Assembly: GCA_046074845.1 (NCBI GenBank)
Contig: JBJTOY010000062.1
Location: 2,733-66,732 of the forward strand
From: Actinomycetes bacterium
Lineage (GTDB): Bacteria > Actinomycetota > Acidimicrobiia > IMCC26256
Length of the DNA stretch: 64,000 nt
Reading direction: 5' to 3'
Part shown: positions 51,753 through 61,356 of the stretch, in pieces
How positions within the stretch are numbered: position 1 is the stretch's first letter
How the letters are laid out: each line of letters starts with the position of its first letter
Position numbers and translations under genes: made by a program
The notes under the pieces: model-generated
The model's input: only the letters and a program-made list of their open reading frames with translations
Told to the model about the DNA's origin: nothing
Database searches by the model: none

Positions 51753-51992
51753 TCAGCCGACCGAGTCGGCCACGCGCTCCTCGTCGAGCACGATGACCCG
51801 CAGCTTCGGACCGTCCTCGGCACGCAGCCGCTCGACCCCGAGCTCGACCGCGGCCTGGAGCCGTTCGAACAGTCGGCTGTCGCTCAGGTGCTCGAGGCGA
51901 CGACGGATCTGTTCGTACCGCGCCCGCCCGGCCTTGGCGCCGAGGTAGTACCCGGCGGCGAATCCGACCACGAGACCGATGCGCAACTTCAT
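51753..51992 (-). CDS. Small actinobacterial YtxH-like membrane-anchored protein
   Basis: GFAAGYYLGAKAGRARYEQI motif. AAGGGG upstream. Confidence 0.75.
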   Translation of the reverse strand: MKLRIGLVVGFAAGYYLGAKAGRARYEQIRRRLEHLSDSRLFERLQAAVELGVERLRAEDGPKLRVIVLDEERVADSVG

Positions 51993-52144
51993 GGACCCCT
52001 TGCCTATCGCACATGAGGGGTCGCATGCGGCATCGCGCGCCATCTCCGGCCCGTGCCGGGTCCGCGTCGGGTCCGGCACGGGGCTGCGAGGCCCACTCCG
52101 CCGGGCTGGTACCCTTCGCCCCTCGCACCGCTCGCGGTGCGGTT

Positions 52145-52217
52145 TCCGGGGTAGCTCAACCGGCAGAGCAAGCGGCTGTTAACCGCTAGGTTGAGAGTTC
52201 GAGTCTCTCCCCCGGAG
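52145..52217 (+). tRNA. tRNA-Asn(GTT)
   Basis: TCCGGGG acceptor, AGCGG-CTGTTAA-CCGCT anticodon arm, GTTCGAG T-loop. Confidence 0.97.
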
Positions 52218-52302
52218 CCCACGTGCGCCCGACCCGGCCCGGGTCGGGCGTCGTCGCGTCCGGGGGGTCCGGTGCCCCTCCGGGCCGTGCGAGGATGGGG
52301 CC

Positions 52303-53049
52303 ATGTCCACGGCCCTGGGGTCCACGGTCCAGCGTCGGCTCGACGAGCGCGCCGAGCGGTGGTGGGACCGCGTCGTCCCGCCGAGCGCGTTGGTCGGCCG
52401 CCTCGACGCCGCGCTGCGCCTCGCCGTCGTGGTCTCCATCGTCGCCGCCGTGGTGCAGGGCGTCACACACCTCGTCGACGTCGTCCTGCTCGACACGCGC
52501 TGGATCTACCTCGACGCCGGGGCCGACGTCGGGGTGTTCATGTGGGCCAGCAGCGTGGCCACCTTCGCCGCCGGGGTCGCCCTGCTCTGGTGCGCCGTCA
52601 TCGCCCGCTCGGGTCGGATCCTCGCGGTCATGGGCGCGTTCGTGGTGTTCCTCTCGCTCGACGACGCGGTGCAGATCCACGAGCGCGCCGGTGGTCTGGC
52701 GCAGCGGCTCGTGTCCTCCGGCGACGTGGGCCGGCTCGCATGGCCGGTGATCTACCTGCCGCTCGTGGCCCTCCTCGCCCTCGGTCTCGTCGCGTTCACC
52801 CGCCGGGCGCCCGGCCGCATCGGCCCGATCACCGTGGCCTCGCTGGTCGCGCTCGCCATCGCGGTCCTGCTCGAACTCTCCTCGTACGGTCTGCTGCGGG
52901 CCGGGTTCGACTACGGCGGCTGGGTCTACGAGCTCGAGGTCGCGCTCGAGGAGGGCCTCGAACTCGCGGGTTGGATGCTCATCGCTGCCACCGTCGGGGC
53001 GTGCTCGCTCCTCATCGCCGCCGGGTCGGGCTCCTCGTCCGAGGTTTGA
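52303..53049 (+). CDS. Multi-pass membrane protein of unknown function
   Basis: Six to seven hydrophobic helices with SLDDAVQIHER and EEGLE motifs. High GC3. Confidence 0.75.
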   Translation: MSTALGSTVQRRLDERAERWWDRVVPPSALVGRLDAALRLAVVVSIVAAVVQGVTHLVDVVLLDTRWIYLDAGADVGVFMWASSVATFAAGVALLWCAVIARSGRILAVMGAFVVFLSLDDAVQIHERAGGLAQRLVSSGDVGRLAWPVIYLPLVALLALGLVAFTRRAPGRIGPITVASLVALAIAVLLELSSYGLLRAGFDYGGWVYELEVALEEGLELAGWMLIAATVGACSLLIAAGSGSSSEV

Positions 53050-53051
53050 AC

Positions 53052-53080
53052 CTCCGGGGCCCGGGGCCCGGGCCCCGGAG
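53052..53080 (+). terminator. Hairpin between membrane gene and tRNA
   Basis: CTCCGGGGCCCGG-GGC-CCGGGCCCCGGAG, a perfect 13-bp stem. Confidence 0.5.
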
Positions 53081-53109
53081 TCCGGTGGGGCTTAGGCTGC
53101 GGCCCTCGC

Positions 53110-53185
53110 GGGGCCGTAGCTCAGTGGTCAGAGCAAGGGACTCATAATCCCCAGGTCGAAGGTTCGATCCCTTCCGGCCCCACCA
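53110..53185 (+). tRNA. tRNA with CAT anticodon, probably tRNA-Ile2 (lysidine)
   Basis: GGGGCCG acceptor, GA-CTCATAA-TC loop, encoded CCA. The D and anticodon arms resemble Ile2, and it lacks initiator features. Confidence 0.9.
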
Positions 53186-53353
53186 CGCACCCGGCGCCGG
53201 CGCGGTCAAGCGTCCGTCTGGAGCCGCCGATACCTCCCGGGTCGGGCGGTCCGTCCGGACGGCGCCCTCCGACCGGGTCCGGCGTCGTACCGTCGGGACA
53301 CTCGACGGGACCCCGGCGGGGCTGAGCGGCGGGCACGAGGAGGGATCCGAACG

Positions 53354-56131
53354 GTGCGAGGGAGGCGGCGCCACCGGCGCGTCGTGGCGGGACGTTCTGC
53401 GGCGATGGTCGCGCTCCTCGTCGCGCTCCTCGCCGTCCAGCTCCCGGCGTCGGCGACCGCGGATGTGGCACCCGGTGTGGATGCGGCGCTCGATCGGATC
53501 GCGAGTCGGATCGAGCGTGACCCGGACGGCACGGTGCCGGTCATCGTCCGCTACGCCGCCGACGCCACCTCGTCGGTGGTCGCCGAGGCGTTCGACGGCA
53601 CCGACTCCGAGGTGACCCGCCGGTACCGCACCGTCGACGCGCTCGCCGCCGACCTCGACCGGGACGGCGTCGAGGCGCTGCGGTCGACTCCCGGGGTCCT
53701 CGGGGTCGAACCGGACCGTGCGTCGCGGATCGCGGCGTCGACGAACCTGACCCAGATCGGCGCGGCCGCCGCGCAGGACGCGGGGGCGACCGGGCGGGGT
53801 GCGACGGTCGCGATCGTCGACACCGGCGTCGACGCGTCCCACCCGATGCTCGCCGGCCGGGTCGTGGGCGAGGCCTGCTTCTCGCGCAGCGGGAACTGCC
53901 CGAACGGCCAGACGACGATGTTCGGCACCGGCTCGGCCGCGCCGTGCACGTACTCGACGAACGCGTGCGGGCACGGCACCCACGTCGCGGGGATCGCGGC
54001 CGGGAACGATGGGGTCCGATCCGGTGTGGCCTCCGAGGCGACGATCCTCGCGGTCCAGGTGTTCTCGCGTTCCGGCAACTCGGCGATCTCGTGGACCAGC
54101 GACCAGATGGCCGGGCTCGACTGGGTGTACGCCCAGCGCTCGACCTTCACGATCGCCGCGGCGAACCTGAGCCTCGGCTTCTCCCTCTACACCGACCGCG
54201 CGACCTGCGACGCGGACGGCATCGGGATCGGGTACCGCACGGTCACCGATCGGCTGCGATCGGCCGGGATCGCGACCGTCGCAGCCACCGGGAACGACGG
54301 CAGCACGACCGGCATCTCGTTCCCGGCCTGCATGACCGGGGTCTACGGCGTCGGGTCGGTGGGCGACACGGACGCGGTGTCGTCCTTCTCGAACCGCAAC
54401 GACCTCATGTCGTACTGGGCTCCGGGGGAGGGGATCCTGTCCTCGGTCCCCGGCGGGTACGCCTACGAGACCGGATCCTCGATGGCGACGCCGCACGTCG
54501 CGGGGGCCTTCGCCGTCTTGGACGCGGCGTACCCGGCCGCGACCCTCGATGAGACCGCGGCCCGCCTGAGTGCCACCGGCACGGTGCCGGCCGGCGACGC
54601 CCACGGCAAGCCCGAGATCGACCTGTGGGCGGCGATCGGCAACGACGTGTTCGCCCGTGGCCTCCCGATGAATCCGGGCACCTCGGGTCCGGTCCGGGCC
54701 AGCACCGTGGGCGCGACCAGGGAGGCGGGAGAGCCGCAGCACGCCGGGGTGACCTCGAGCGGGTCGCTCTGGTGGACCTTCGACGCGCCGAGTGCGGGTG
54801 CGGTGAACCTCGCCACCGCGGGTTCGTCCATCGACACGGTGCTGGCGGTCTACACGGGCTCAGGTGTCCGATCGCTCACGCCGGTCGCATCGAACGACAA
54901 CGACGGCGCGGGCACCTCGAGCGCGGTCTCGTTCACCGCGGTGGCCGGGACGCGCTACCGGGTCGCGGTCGCGGGCAAGGGCACCGCCGCCGGCGCGATC
55001 GCGCTCGGCGTCACATGGTTGCCCTACGGCGGGTACCACCCGGTCACCCCGGCGCGGGTCCTCGACACCCGGACGAGCGGCGGTGCGCTGGCGCAGGGGG
55101 AGATCCGCTCGTTGGGGCTCCTCGGTGCGGGCGGGGTGCCGGTCGACGGTGTGGAGGCCGTCGCCATGAACGTCACCGTCACCGGGGGCACGGCGCCCTC
55201 GGTCCTCACCGTGTGGCCGGCCGGGGTGGCCCGGCCGCTCGCGTCCAACCTCAACTGGCCCGCAGGCGACACCCGGGCGAACCTCGTCGTGTCCGCGCTC
55301 GGCGTCCTCGGCGCCGTGAGCATGGTGAACGCCACCGGATCGGCCCACGTCGTCGTCGACGTCGTCGGGTGGTACGACGACGGCGGCCCGGCCCGCGCCT
55401 CGGGCAGCGAGTTCCATCCGGTCACCCCGGCCCGCGTGCTCGACACGCGCACCGGCACCGGCTCGGTCGCCGCGCCGCTCGGCCCCGGTTCGGTGCGCAC
55501 CCTCACCGTGGCCGGCCGTGGGGGCGTGCCCGCGTCGGGCGCGACGGCGGTGGTCATCAACGTGACGGTCACCGACACGACGGCTCCCTCGTTCCTCACG
55601 GTGTGGCCGAGCGACGTCGGCCGTCCGACCGCATCGAGCCTCAACTGGCCGGCCGGGGCGACGCGACCGAACCTCCTCATCGCGCCGCTCGCGGCCGACG
55701 GCACCGTGTCGATCTACAACCTCGCCGGGCAGGTCGCGGTCGTCGCCGACGTCGTCGGCTGGTACGGCGCGGCGGCCGGCGACGCGTTCGTCGCCCAGGC
55801 CCCGGTGCGCATCCTCGACACCCGTGACGCGGCGGCGCCGGTGCGCCAGGGCGAGTCACGGGTGGTGCTGGCCGCCGGGGCCGCCGGGGTCCCGACCTGG
55901 GCCAGTGCGGTGGCCCTCAACGTGACGGCCACCGGGGCGACCGCACCGACCTTCCTCACCGTGTGGCCGTCGGGCATCGCGCGCCCGCTCGCGTCCAGCG
56001 TGAACCTCGCGGCCGGCGAGACGGTACCGAACCTCGTCATCGTGCCGGTCGGTTCGCTCGGCGGCGTCTCGATCTACAACAACACGGGTAGCACCCACGT
56101 GGTCGTCGACGTCGTCGGATGGTACGGATGA
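53354..56131 (+). CDS. Secreted S8 subtilase with PPC-like domain and three C-terminal surface repeats
   Basis: Signal peptide; VAIVDTG, GHGTHVAG, GNDG, TGSSMATPHVAG. Start may be 53405. Confidence 0.9.
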   Translation: MRGRRRHRRVVAGRSAAMVALLVALLAVQLPASATADVAPGVDAALDRIASRIERDPDGTVPVIVRYAADATSSVVAEAFDGTDSEVTRRYRTVDALAADLDRDGVEALRSTPGVLGVEPDRASRIAASTNLTQIGAAAAQDAGATGRGATVAIVDTGVDASHPMLAGRVVGEACFSRSGNCPNGQTTMFGTGSAAPCTYSTNACGHGTHVAGIAAGNDGVRSGVASEATILAVQVFSRSGNSAISWTSDQMAGLDWVYAQRSTFTIAAANLSLGFSLYTDRATCDADGIGIGYRTVTDRLRSAGIATVAATGNDGSTTGISFPACMTGVYGVGSVGDTDAVSSFSNRNDLMSYWAPGEGILSSVPGGYAYETGSSMATPHVAGAFAVLDAAYPAATLDETAARLSATGTVPAGDAHGKPEIDLWAAIGNDVFARGLPMNPGTSGPVRASTVGATREAGEPQHAGVTSSGSLWWTFDAPSAGAVNLATAGSSIDTVLAVYTGSGVRSLTPVASNDNDGAGTSSAVSFTAVAGTRYRVAVAGKGTAAGAIALGVTWLPYGGYHPVTPARVLDTRTSGGALAQGEIRSLGLLGAGGVPVDGVEAVAMNVTVTGGTAPSVLTVWPAGVARPLASNLNWPAGDTRANLVVSALGVLGAVSMVNATGSAHVVVDVVGWYDDGGPARASGSEFHPVTPARVLDTRTGTGSVAAPLGPGSVRTLTVAGRGGVPASGATAVVINVTVTDTTAPSFLTVWPSDVGRPTASSLNWPAGATRPNLLIAPLAADGTVSIYNLAGQVAVVADVVGWYGAAAGDAFVAQAPVRILDTRDAAAPVRQGESRVVLAAGAAGVPTWASAVALNVTATGATAPTFLTVWPSGIARPLASSVNLAAGETVPNLVIVPVGSLGGVSIYNNTGSTHVVVDVVGWYG
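55034..56128 (+). repeat. Three ~120-aa intragenic repeats (P.R.LDTR ... V..DVVGWY)
   Basis: Units begin near 55034, 55412 and 55787. Each has NVT.T, LTVWP, ..SxxN and NL motifs and ends in DVVGWY. Confidence 0.85.
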
Positions 56132-56138
56132 CGCGCGC

Positions 56139-56816
56139 GTGAGCACGCGCCAGCGTGACGTCGACGGCGGCCTCGAGGTCCTCGGCCGCCCGAGCCTCGC
56201 CGAGCTCCGTCGGCGGCTCCCGCGTCTGGCCCTCGGCATCGGCGTGCTCGGCATCGGCGTGGCGCTCACGGTTCGGGCCGAACTGGGGCTGGCGCCCTAC
56301 GACGTCATGCACCAGGGCATCTCGGAGGTCACCGGTCTCGACTTCGGTCTCGTGGTGATCGGCCTGGGTCTCCTGATCCTCATGGCGTGGATCCCGCTGC
56401 ACCAACCGTTCGGGGTGGGCACCGTGATCAACGTGCTCACGGTCGGGCTCGTGATCGATGTCGCGCTCGATCGCATCCCCGAGGTCACGGCGCTGGCGGC
56501 GCGGGTGCCGATGCTCCTCGTCGGTACGGTCCTCATCGGCCTCGGTGCCGGCCTCTACATCGGCGCGGGGCTGGGACCGGGCCCGCGCGACGGGCTCATG
56601 ACCGCGTTCGCGCGTCGGGGGCACCGGCTCTGGCTCGTGCGCACGGTCATGGAGCTCACCGCCCTCGGCCTCGGCCGGATCCTCGGCGGTGACGTCGGTG
56701 CGGGCACCGTGCTCATCGCATTCGCGAGCGGTCCGATCGCCCACTGGTTCCTGGCCCGGCTCCACCTCGGGGTCGCCGGTGGCGACCCGGAACCGCAGTC
56801 CGTCCTCGGGGAGTGA
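56139..56816 (+). CDS. YczE/YitT-family membrane protein
   Basis: LGLAPYDV..QG, GVGT, GLGPGPRDGLM. Confidence 0.85.
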   Translation: MSTRQRDVDGGLEVLGRPSLAELRRRLPRLALGIGVLGIGVALTVRAELGLAPYDVMHQGISEVTGLDFGLVVIGLGLLILMAWIPLHQPFGVGTVINVLTVGLVIDVALDRIPEVTALAARVPMLLVGTVLIGLGAGLYIGAGLGPGPRDGLMTAFARRGHRLWLVRTVMELTALGLGRILGGDVGAGTVLIAFASGPIAHWFLARLHLGVAGGDPEPQSVLGE

Positions 56817-56857
56817 TCCGGTTGGCGATCCCCGACGCACCGGGGGAGGATGCCGGG

Positions 56858-57160
56858 GTGGCCCGCCCGACCCGTCTCGACGACGCCGAACTCGCATCCG
56901 GCCTGGCGGCCCTCCCGGCCTGGCACCGGGATGGGGACGTGATCCGACGTTCGATCGAGACGCCGTCGTTCGCGGACGCCATCGCGCTGGTGACCCGCAT
57001 CGGGTTCGCCGCCGAGGCCGCCGATCACCACCCGGACCTCGACGTCCGCTGGCGCACCGTCCACGTGGCCCTCACGACCCACGACGCCGGCGGGCTCACC
57101 CGCCTCGACCTGGAACTGGCGGGTGCCGTCGACGCGGCCGCCCGCGGGGTGGGCGCGTGA
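56858..57160 (+). CDS. phhB: Pterin-4-alpha-carbinolamine dehydratase
   Basis: AEAADHHPDL, LTTHDAGGLT..D..LA. Confidence 0.92.
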   Translation: MARPTRLDDAELASGLAALPAWHRDGDVIRRSIETPSFADAIALVTRIGFAAEAADHHPDLDVRWRTVHVALTTHDAGGLTRLDLELAGAVDAAARGVGA

Positions 57161-57600
57161 CGACGGTCCTGGTCCTCGTCGTGGTCGGACTGCTCATCGC
57201 TGCGGTGGTCGTGATCGCGGCGATCGAACCGGGTCCCTCGACCGCGGACGTGGCGCTCGCGTACGAGCACGCGTGGGATCGGCTCGACTTCGCCACCGTG
57301 TGGGCGCTGTCGGGCCAGGAACTGCGGGACGGGCTCGACCGGCGGGCGTTCGTGCGGGCCAAGCGCGGGGCGTACGCGACCGGCGCGCACCCGGCGGACC
57401 TCGTGGCCACGGCGGCGGTGGCCGACGTCGCCGAGGCGGGCGACGTGGCCGCGGCGATCACCACGCTGGTGCTGCACGACGGATCGGTGGTCCACCACGA
57501 GGTCCGGATGGGTCGGAGGATGGGCCGGTGGGAGGTCACCGGTTACACGCTGCGGCCCGAGGACGAGCCCGGCCGATCCACCGGTCCGGATGCCGTCTAG
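57157..57600 (+). CDS. Hypothetical membrane-anchored protein, possibly NTF2-like
   Basis: N-terminal TM, Y..AW...DF...W, C-terminal GRWEV. GTGA overlap with the upstream gene. Confidence 0.6.
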   Translation: MTTVLVLVVVGLLIAAVVVIAAIEPGPSTADVALAYEHAWDRLDFATVWALSGQELRDGLDRRAFVRAKRGAYATGAHPADLVATAAVADVAEAGDVAAAITTLVLHDGSVVHHEVRMGRRMGRWEVTGYTLRPEDEPGRSTGPDAV

Positions 57601-57610
57601 CCTCGGTGCT

Positions 57611-58198
57611 GTGACGATCCCCGGTCTGCTCCTCACCGGCGGCGCCAGCCGCCGCATGGGTACCCCGAAGGCCGCCATCGAGGTCGGTGGCGAGACCCTC
57701 GCCGTCCGCACGGCCCGACTGCTCACGTCGGTGTGCGAGCCCGTCCTCGAGGTCGGACCCGGCTACACCGACCTCGCGGTGGTCCGGGAGGAGCCGGCCG
57801 GCCAGGGGCCGCTCGCCGCGTTCGTGGCCGGCAGTGCCGCCCTGCCCGCCGACGTCCCGATCCTCATGGTCGCCTGCGACCTGCCCGACCTCGACCCGAC
57901 GCTGCTGCGGATCCTCGCCGAGCACCCGGGGACCGCGGGCGTCGTCCCCGAGTCCGAGGGGCGGCTCCAGACCCTGTGCGCCCGCTACGGGGTCGAGGCC
58001 CGACGGGTCGCTCCCGAACTGCTCGCGGCAGGGGAGCGATCGCTGCGGGCGCTCCTCGAGGCGAGCGAGCACGAGGTGCTCCTCGAGGACGCATGGTCGC
58101 GCATGGTCGCGGCGGCCTCCTTCCGGGACGTCGACACGCCGGAGGATCTCGAGCGGTTCCGGCTCGCCCGGGCCACCGAGGCCGACGGCCCGGCCTGA
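57611..58198 (+). CDS. mobA: Molybdenum cofactor guanylyltransferase
   Basis: LLTGGASRRMGTPK, GPLA, ACDLP, DVDTPED. Confidence 0.92.
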   Translation: MTIPGLLLTGGASRRMGTPKAAIEVGGETLAVRTARLLTSVCEPVLEVGPGYTDLAVVREEPAGQGPLAAFVAGSAALPADVPILMVACDLPDLDPTLLRILAEHPGTAGVVPESEGRLQTLCARYGVEARRVAPELLAAGERSLRALLEASEHEVLLEDAWSRMVAAASFRDVDTPEDLERFRLARATEADGPA

Positions 58199-58232
58199 TG
58201 CGCCCCCCGGTGCTCGTCCACGGGGTCTCGCC

Positions 58233-59072
58233 GTGGTGACCGTGCGCCGCGCCGTGCAGCCCGCACAGGTGACGGTGATCGCGGATGGATCCAGGCGCAC
58301 CGTCCCGGATCGCCTCGCCGCCGAGGAGCCGATGGAGATCCGGGCACACGGCCCGGGCCAGGAACCCGTCGCGGTGGCGGTGACCATGCGCACGCCCGGG
58401 CACGACTTCGCGCTCGCGGTCGGGTTCCTCGCCTCCGAGGGTCTGCTCGAGCCCGCGGGCGGGGTCGCCGGCGTCGCGTACTGCACGTCGGGGCAGGTCG
58501 AGCAGCAGTACAACATCGTCACCGTCACCACCCGGGCACCGTTCGTCCCGCCCGTCCGTGCGCGGACCTTCGTCGCCTCGGCCTCGTGCGGCCTCTGCGG
58601 CAAGACGGCCCTCGACGAGGTGAGCGTCGCCGCCGCGCCCGTGACGGTCGGACCGACGGTCGCCACCGGCGTCCTCATGGGCCTGCCCGACCGTCTGCGT
58701 GCTGCGCAGACCGTGTTCGAGCAGACCGGTGCGCTCCACGCCGCGGCGCTGTGCCGAGCGGACGGCACGGTCGTGGTCGCGCGCGAGGACGTCGGCCGGC
58801 ACAACGCCATCGACAAGGTGATCGGAGAGCGCATCCTCGACCCGGGTCTCGATCCGGACGGTGCGCCGATCCTCGCGGTGAGTGGGCGGGTGTCCTTCGA
58901 GGTCATGCAGAAGGCCGCCATCGCCGGCATCCCGATCGTCGCCGCGGTGTCGGCGCCCACGAGCCTCGCGGTCGACGTGGCCCGTCGCACCGGCCAGACC
59001 CTCGTCGGGTTCCTGCGGGACGGACGGGCGACGGTGTACGCGGGCATCGAACGCATCGTCGAGGAGGACTGA
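58233..59072 (+). CDS. fdhD: Formate dehydrogenase accessory sulfurtransferase
   Basis: EEPMEI, TMRTPGHD, SCGLCG, TGALHAA, EDVGRHNA.DK. Confidence 0.95.
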   Translation: MVTVRRAVQPAQVTVIADGSRRTVPDRLAAEEPMEIRAHGPGQEPVAVAVTMRTPGHDFALAVGFLASEGLLEPAGGVAGVAYCTSGQVEQQYNIVTVTTRAPFVPPVRARTFVASASCGLCGKTALDEVSVAAAPVTVGPTVATGVLMGLPDRLRAAQTVFEQTGALHAAALCRADGTVVVAREDVGRHNAIDKVIGERILDPGLDPDGAPILAVSGRVSFEVMQKAAIAGIPIVAAVSAPTSLAVDVARRTGQTLVGFLRDGRATVYAGIERIVEED

Positions 59073-59073
59073 G

Positions 59074-61314
59074 GTGGCCTGGCCCGGATCGGCCCGCATC
59101 CGACCGTCGCGGGGTCTGCGTCCGAGCCTGTGGGTGAGCCCGGCCCCGAACGGCGTCGGCCAGCAGAAGCCGCACCACTTCGGCGACATGGCCCGCATCG
59201 TCTGGCGCCACCGGCGGAACCTGCCCTACGCGTGGCGCATCCTGCGCAAGGGCGTGTGCGACGGCTGCGCGCTCGGGGTCGCGGGCTTCCACGACTGGAC
59301 GCTCGAGGGCGTGCACCTCTGCACGACCCGGCTCGAACTCCTCGAGCTCAACACCGCGCGAGCCCTCGACCCGAAGGTGCTCGCGGACGTCTCGGCCCTC
59401 GCCGACCTCGACGGGACGGCGCTGCGCCGCCTCGGGCGACTCCCGTACCCCATGCTGCGGCGGCGGGGGGAGCCCGGGTTCGCCCGCATCTCATGGGATG
59501 ACGCGATCGCGCTCGCGGCCGGTCGGATCCGGGAGGCGCCGACCCGCACCGCGCTCTACCTCACCGCCCGCGGGATCACCAACGAGGTGTACTACGTCGC
59601 CCAGAAGTTCATCCGGTCCCTCGGCACGAACAACGTCGACAACGCGGCCCGGGTCTGCCACGCGCCCTCCACCGTCGCACTGAAGGCCGCGATCGGGGTG
59701 GGGGCGACGACGTGTTCCTACACCGACGTCATCGGCACCGACCTCGTCGTGCTCTTCGGTGCCAACGTCGCGAACGCCCAGCCGGTGTTCATGAAGTACC
59801 TGTACCTGGCCCGCCGCCGCGGCGCGAAGGTCATCGTCGTGAACCCGTACCGGGAGCCCGGGCTCGACCGGTACTGGGTGCCGAGTAACCTCGAGAGCGC
59901 GGCCTTCGGCACGCGCATGGCGGACGAGTTCTTCCAGATCGACACCGGCGGCGACGCCGCCTTCATCGCCGGGGTGCTCAAGGAGCTGCTCGCCCGCGGC
60001 GCGATCGACCGGTCCTTCATCCGGAGCCGCACCGACGGGTTCGACGGGCTCCTGCGGTCCCTCGAGGCCCTGACCTTCGAGGACCTCGAGCGGTGGTCGG
60101 GTACCACCCGCTCGGAGATGGCGCGCTTCGCCGCCATCTACGGCGCGGCCGACGCCGCGGTCCTCGTGTGGTCCATGGGCATCACCCAGCACCGCCACGG
60201 GGTCGAGAACGTCCGGGCGATCGTCGACCTCGCACTCGCGCGGGGCAACGTCGGTCGTCCCGGGGCCGGGATGATGCCGATCCGGGGTCACTCCGGGGTC
60301 CAGGGCGGTGCGGAGATGGGGGCCTACTCCACGACGCTGCCCGGCGGGATCCCGATCACGTCCGAGAGCGCGGCGTCCCTCGCCGATGCCTACGGGTTCC
60401 CGATCTCATCCAACCCGGGGCTGCGGGCCGAGGCGATGGTGCTCGGTGCACAGCGCGGGCAGGTCGACGTCCTGTACTCGAGCGGTGGCAACTTCCTCGA
60501 CGTGCTCCCGGACCCGGAACTCAGCCGCCATGCGCTGGCCCGGGTGCCGCTGCGCATCCACCAGGACATCGTCGTGACCTCCCAGATGCTCGTGGAGCCG
60601 GGGGAGGAGGTCCTCCTGCTCCCGGCGTGCACGCGCTACGAGCAGCCCGGCGGCGGGACCGAGACCACCACCGAGCGACGCATCGTGTTCTCGCCCGAGG
60701 TGCCGGGCCCGCGCATCGGTGAGGCGAGGCCCGAGTGGGAGATCTTCCGCGACCTCGCGCGGGCGGTGGACCCGGCGCGTGCGCACCTCGTGGACTTCGC
60801 CACCGCCCAGGCGGTGCGCGAGGAGATCGCGCGCGTCGTGCCCGCGTACGCCGGCATCGAGCGACTCGAGCGGCTCGGCGACTCGGTGCAGTGGGGCGGG
60901 GCCAACATCGGGTCCGACGGGACGTTCCCGACCGCCGACGGGCGGGCGCACTTCACGGTCTTCGACCCGGCACGCCTCGAGGCGCCCGCCGGGTCGTTCC
61001 TGCTGTCGACCCGTCGGGGCAAGCAGTTCAACTCGATGGTGTTCCGAGCGGTGGATCCGCTGACGGGGGCGGCCCGCCACGACGTGCTCATGGCCGCTGA
61101 CGACGTCGAGCGCCTCGGCCTGACCGACGGGGCGGCGATCCGGGTGCGCTCCCGGCACGGTGAACTCGCGGGTCGGGTGCGGGTCTCGGCGATCCGGGCC
61201 GGCAACGTGCAGGTGTTCTTCCCGGAGGGCAATGTCCTCGTCGCCGCCGACGACGGGTGCGCCGAGTCGGGTATGCCCGCGTACACCGAGGTCGTCGAGG
61301 TCCTGCCCGCCTGA
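59074..61314 (+). CDS. FdhF/YdeP-family molybdopterin oxidoreductase
   Basis: CDGC, NNVDNAARVCHAPS, SMGITQH, PIRGHSGVQG, TRRGKQFNS. Confidence 0.92.
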   Translation: MAWPGSARIRPSRGLRPSLWVSPAPNGVGQQKPHHFGDMARIVWRHRRNLPYAWRILRKGVCDGCALGVAGFHDWTLEGVHLCTTRLELLELNTARALDPKVLADVSALADLDGTALRRLGRLPYPMLRRRGEPGFARISWDDAIALAAGRIREAPTRTALYLTARGITNEVYYVAQKFIRSLGTNNVDNAARVCHAPSTVALKAAIGVGATTCSYTDVIGTDLVVLFGANVANAQPVFMKYLYLARRRGAKVIVVNPYREPGLDRYWVPSNLESAAFGTRMADEFFQIDTGGDAAFIAGVLKELLARGAIDRSFIRSRTDGFDGLLRSLEALTFEDLERWSGTTRSEMARFAAIYGAADAAVLVWSMGITQHRHGVENVRAIVDLALARGNVGRPGAGMMPIRGHSGVQGGAEMGAYSTTLPGGIPITSESAASLADAYGFPISSNPGLRAEAMVLGAQRGQVDVLYSSGGNFLDVLPDPELSRHALARVPLRIHQDIVVTSQMLVEPGEEVLLLPACTRYEQPGGGTETTTERRIVFSPEVPGPRIGEARPEWEIFRDLARAVDPARAHLVDFATAQAVREEIARVVPAYAGIERLERLGDSVQWGGANIGSDGTFPTADGRAHFTVFDPARLEAPAGSFLLSTRRGKQFNSMVFRAVDPLTGAARHDVLMAADDVERLGLTDGAAIRVRSRHGELAGRVRVSAIRAGNVQVFFPEGNVLVAADDGCAESGMPAYTEVVEVLPA

Positions 61315-61356
61315 TGCGGCGCGGGTCGTGCGGGCCGGTCTGCGAGACTGCGCCGC

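Noticed and set aside
53136-53152. A-C mismatch at the top of the tRNA(CAT) anticodon stem as a sign of a pseudo-tRNA
   Set aside because: A single 27-43 mismatch is tolerated in functional tRNAs, and all other arms and the CCA end are intact.
52145-53350. Possible integrative element at tRNA-Asn/Ile2 (also checked tRNA-Ala at 13090)
   Set aside because: I saw no integrase, duplicated tRNA 3' end or compositional shift.
59074-61314. Selenocysteine formate dehydrogenase
   Set aside because: The Mo-ligand position is Cys (RVCH, TGC) and there is no in-frame TGA.
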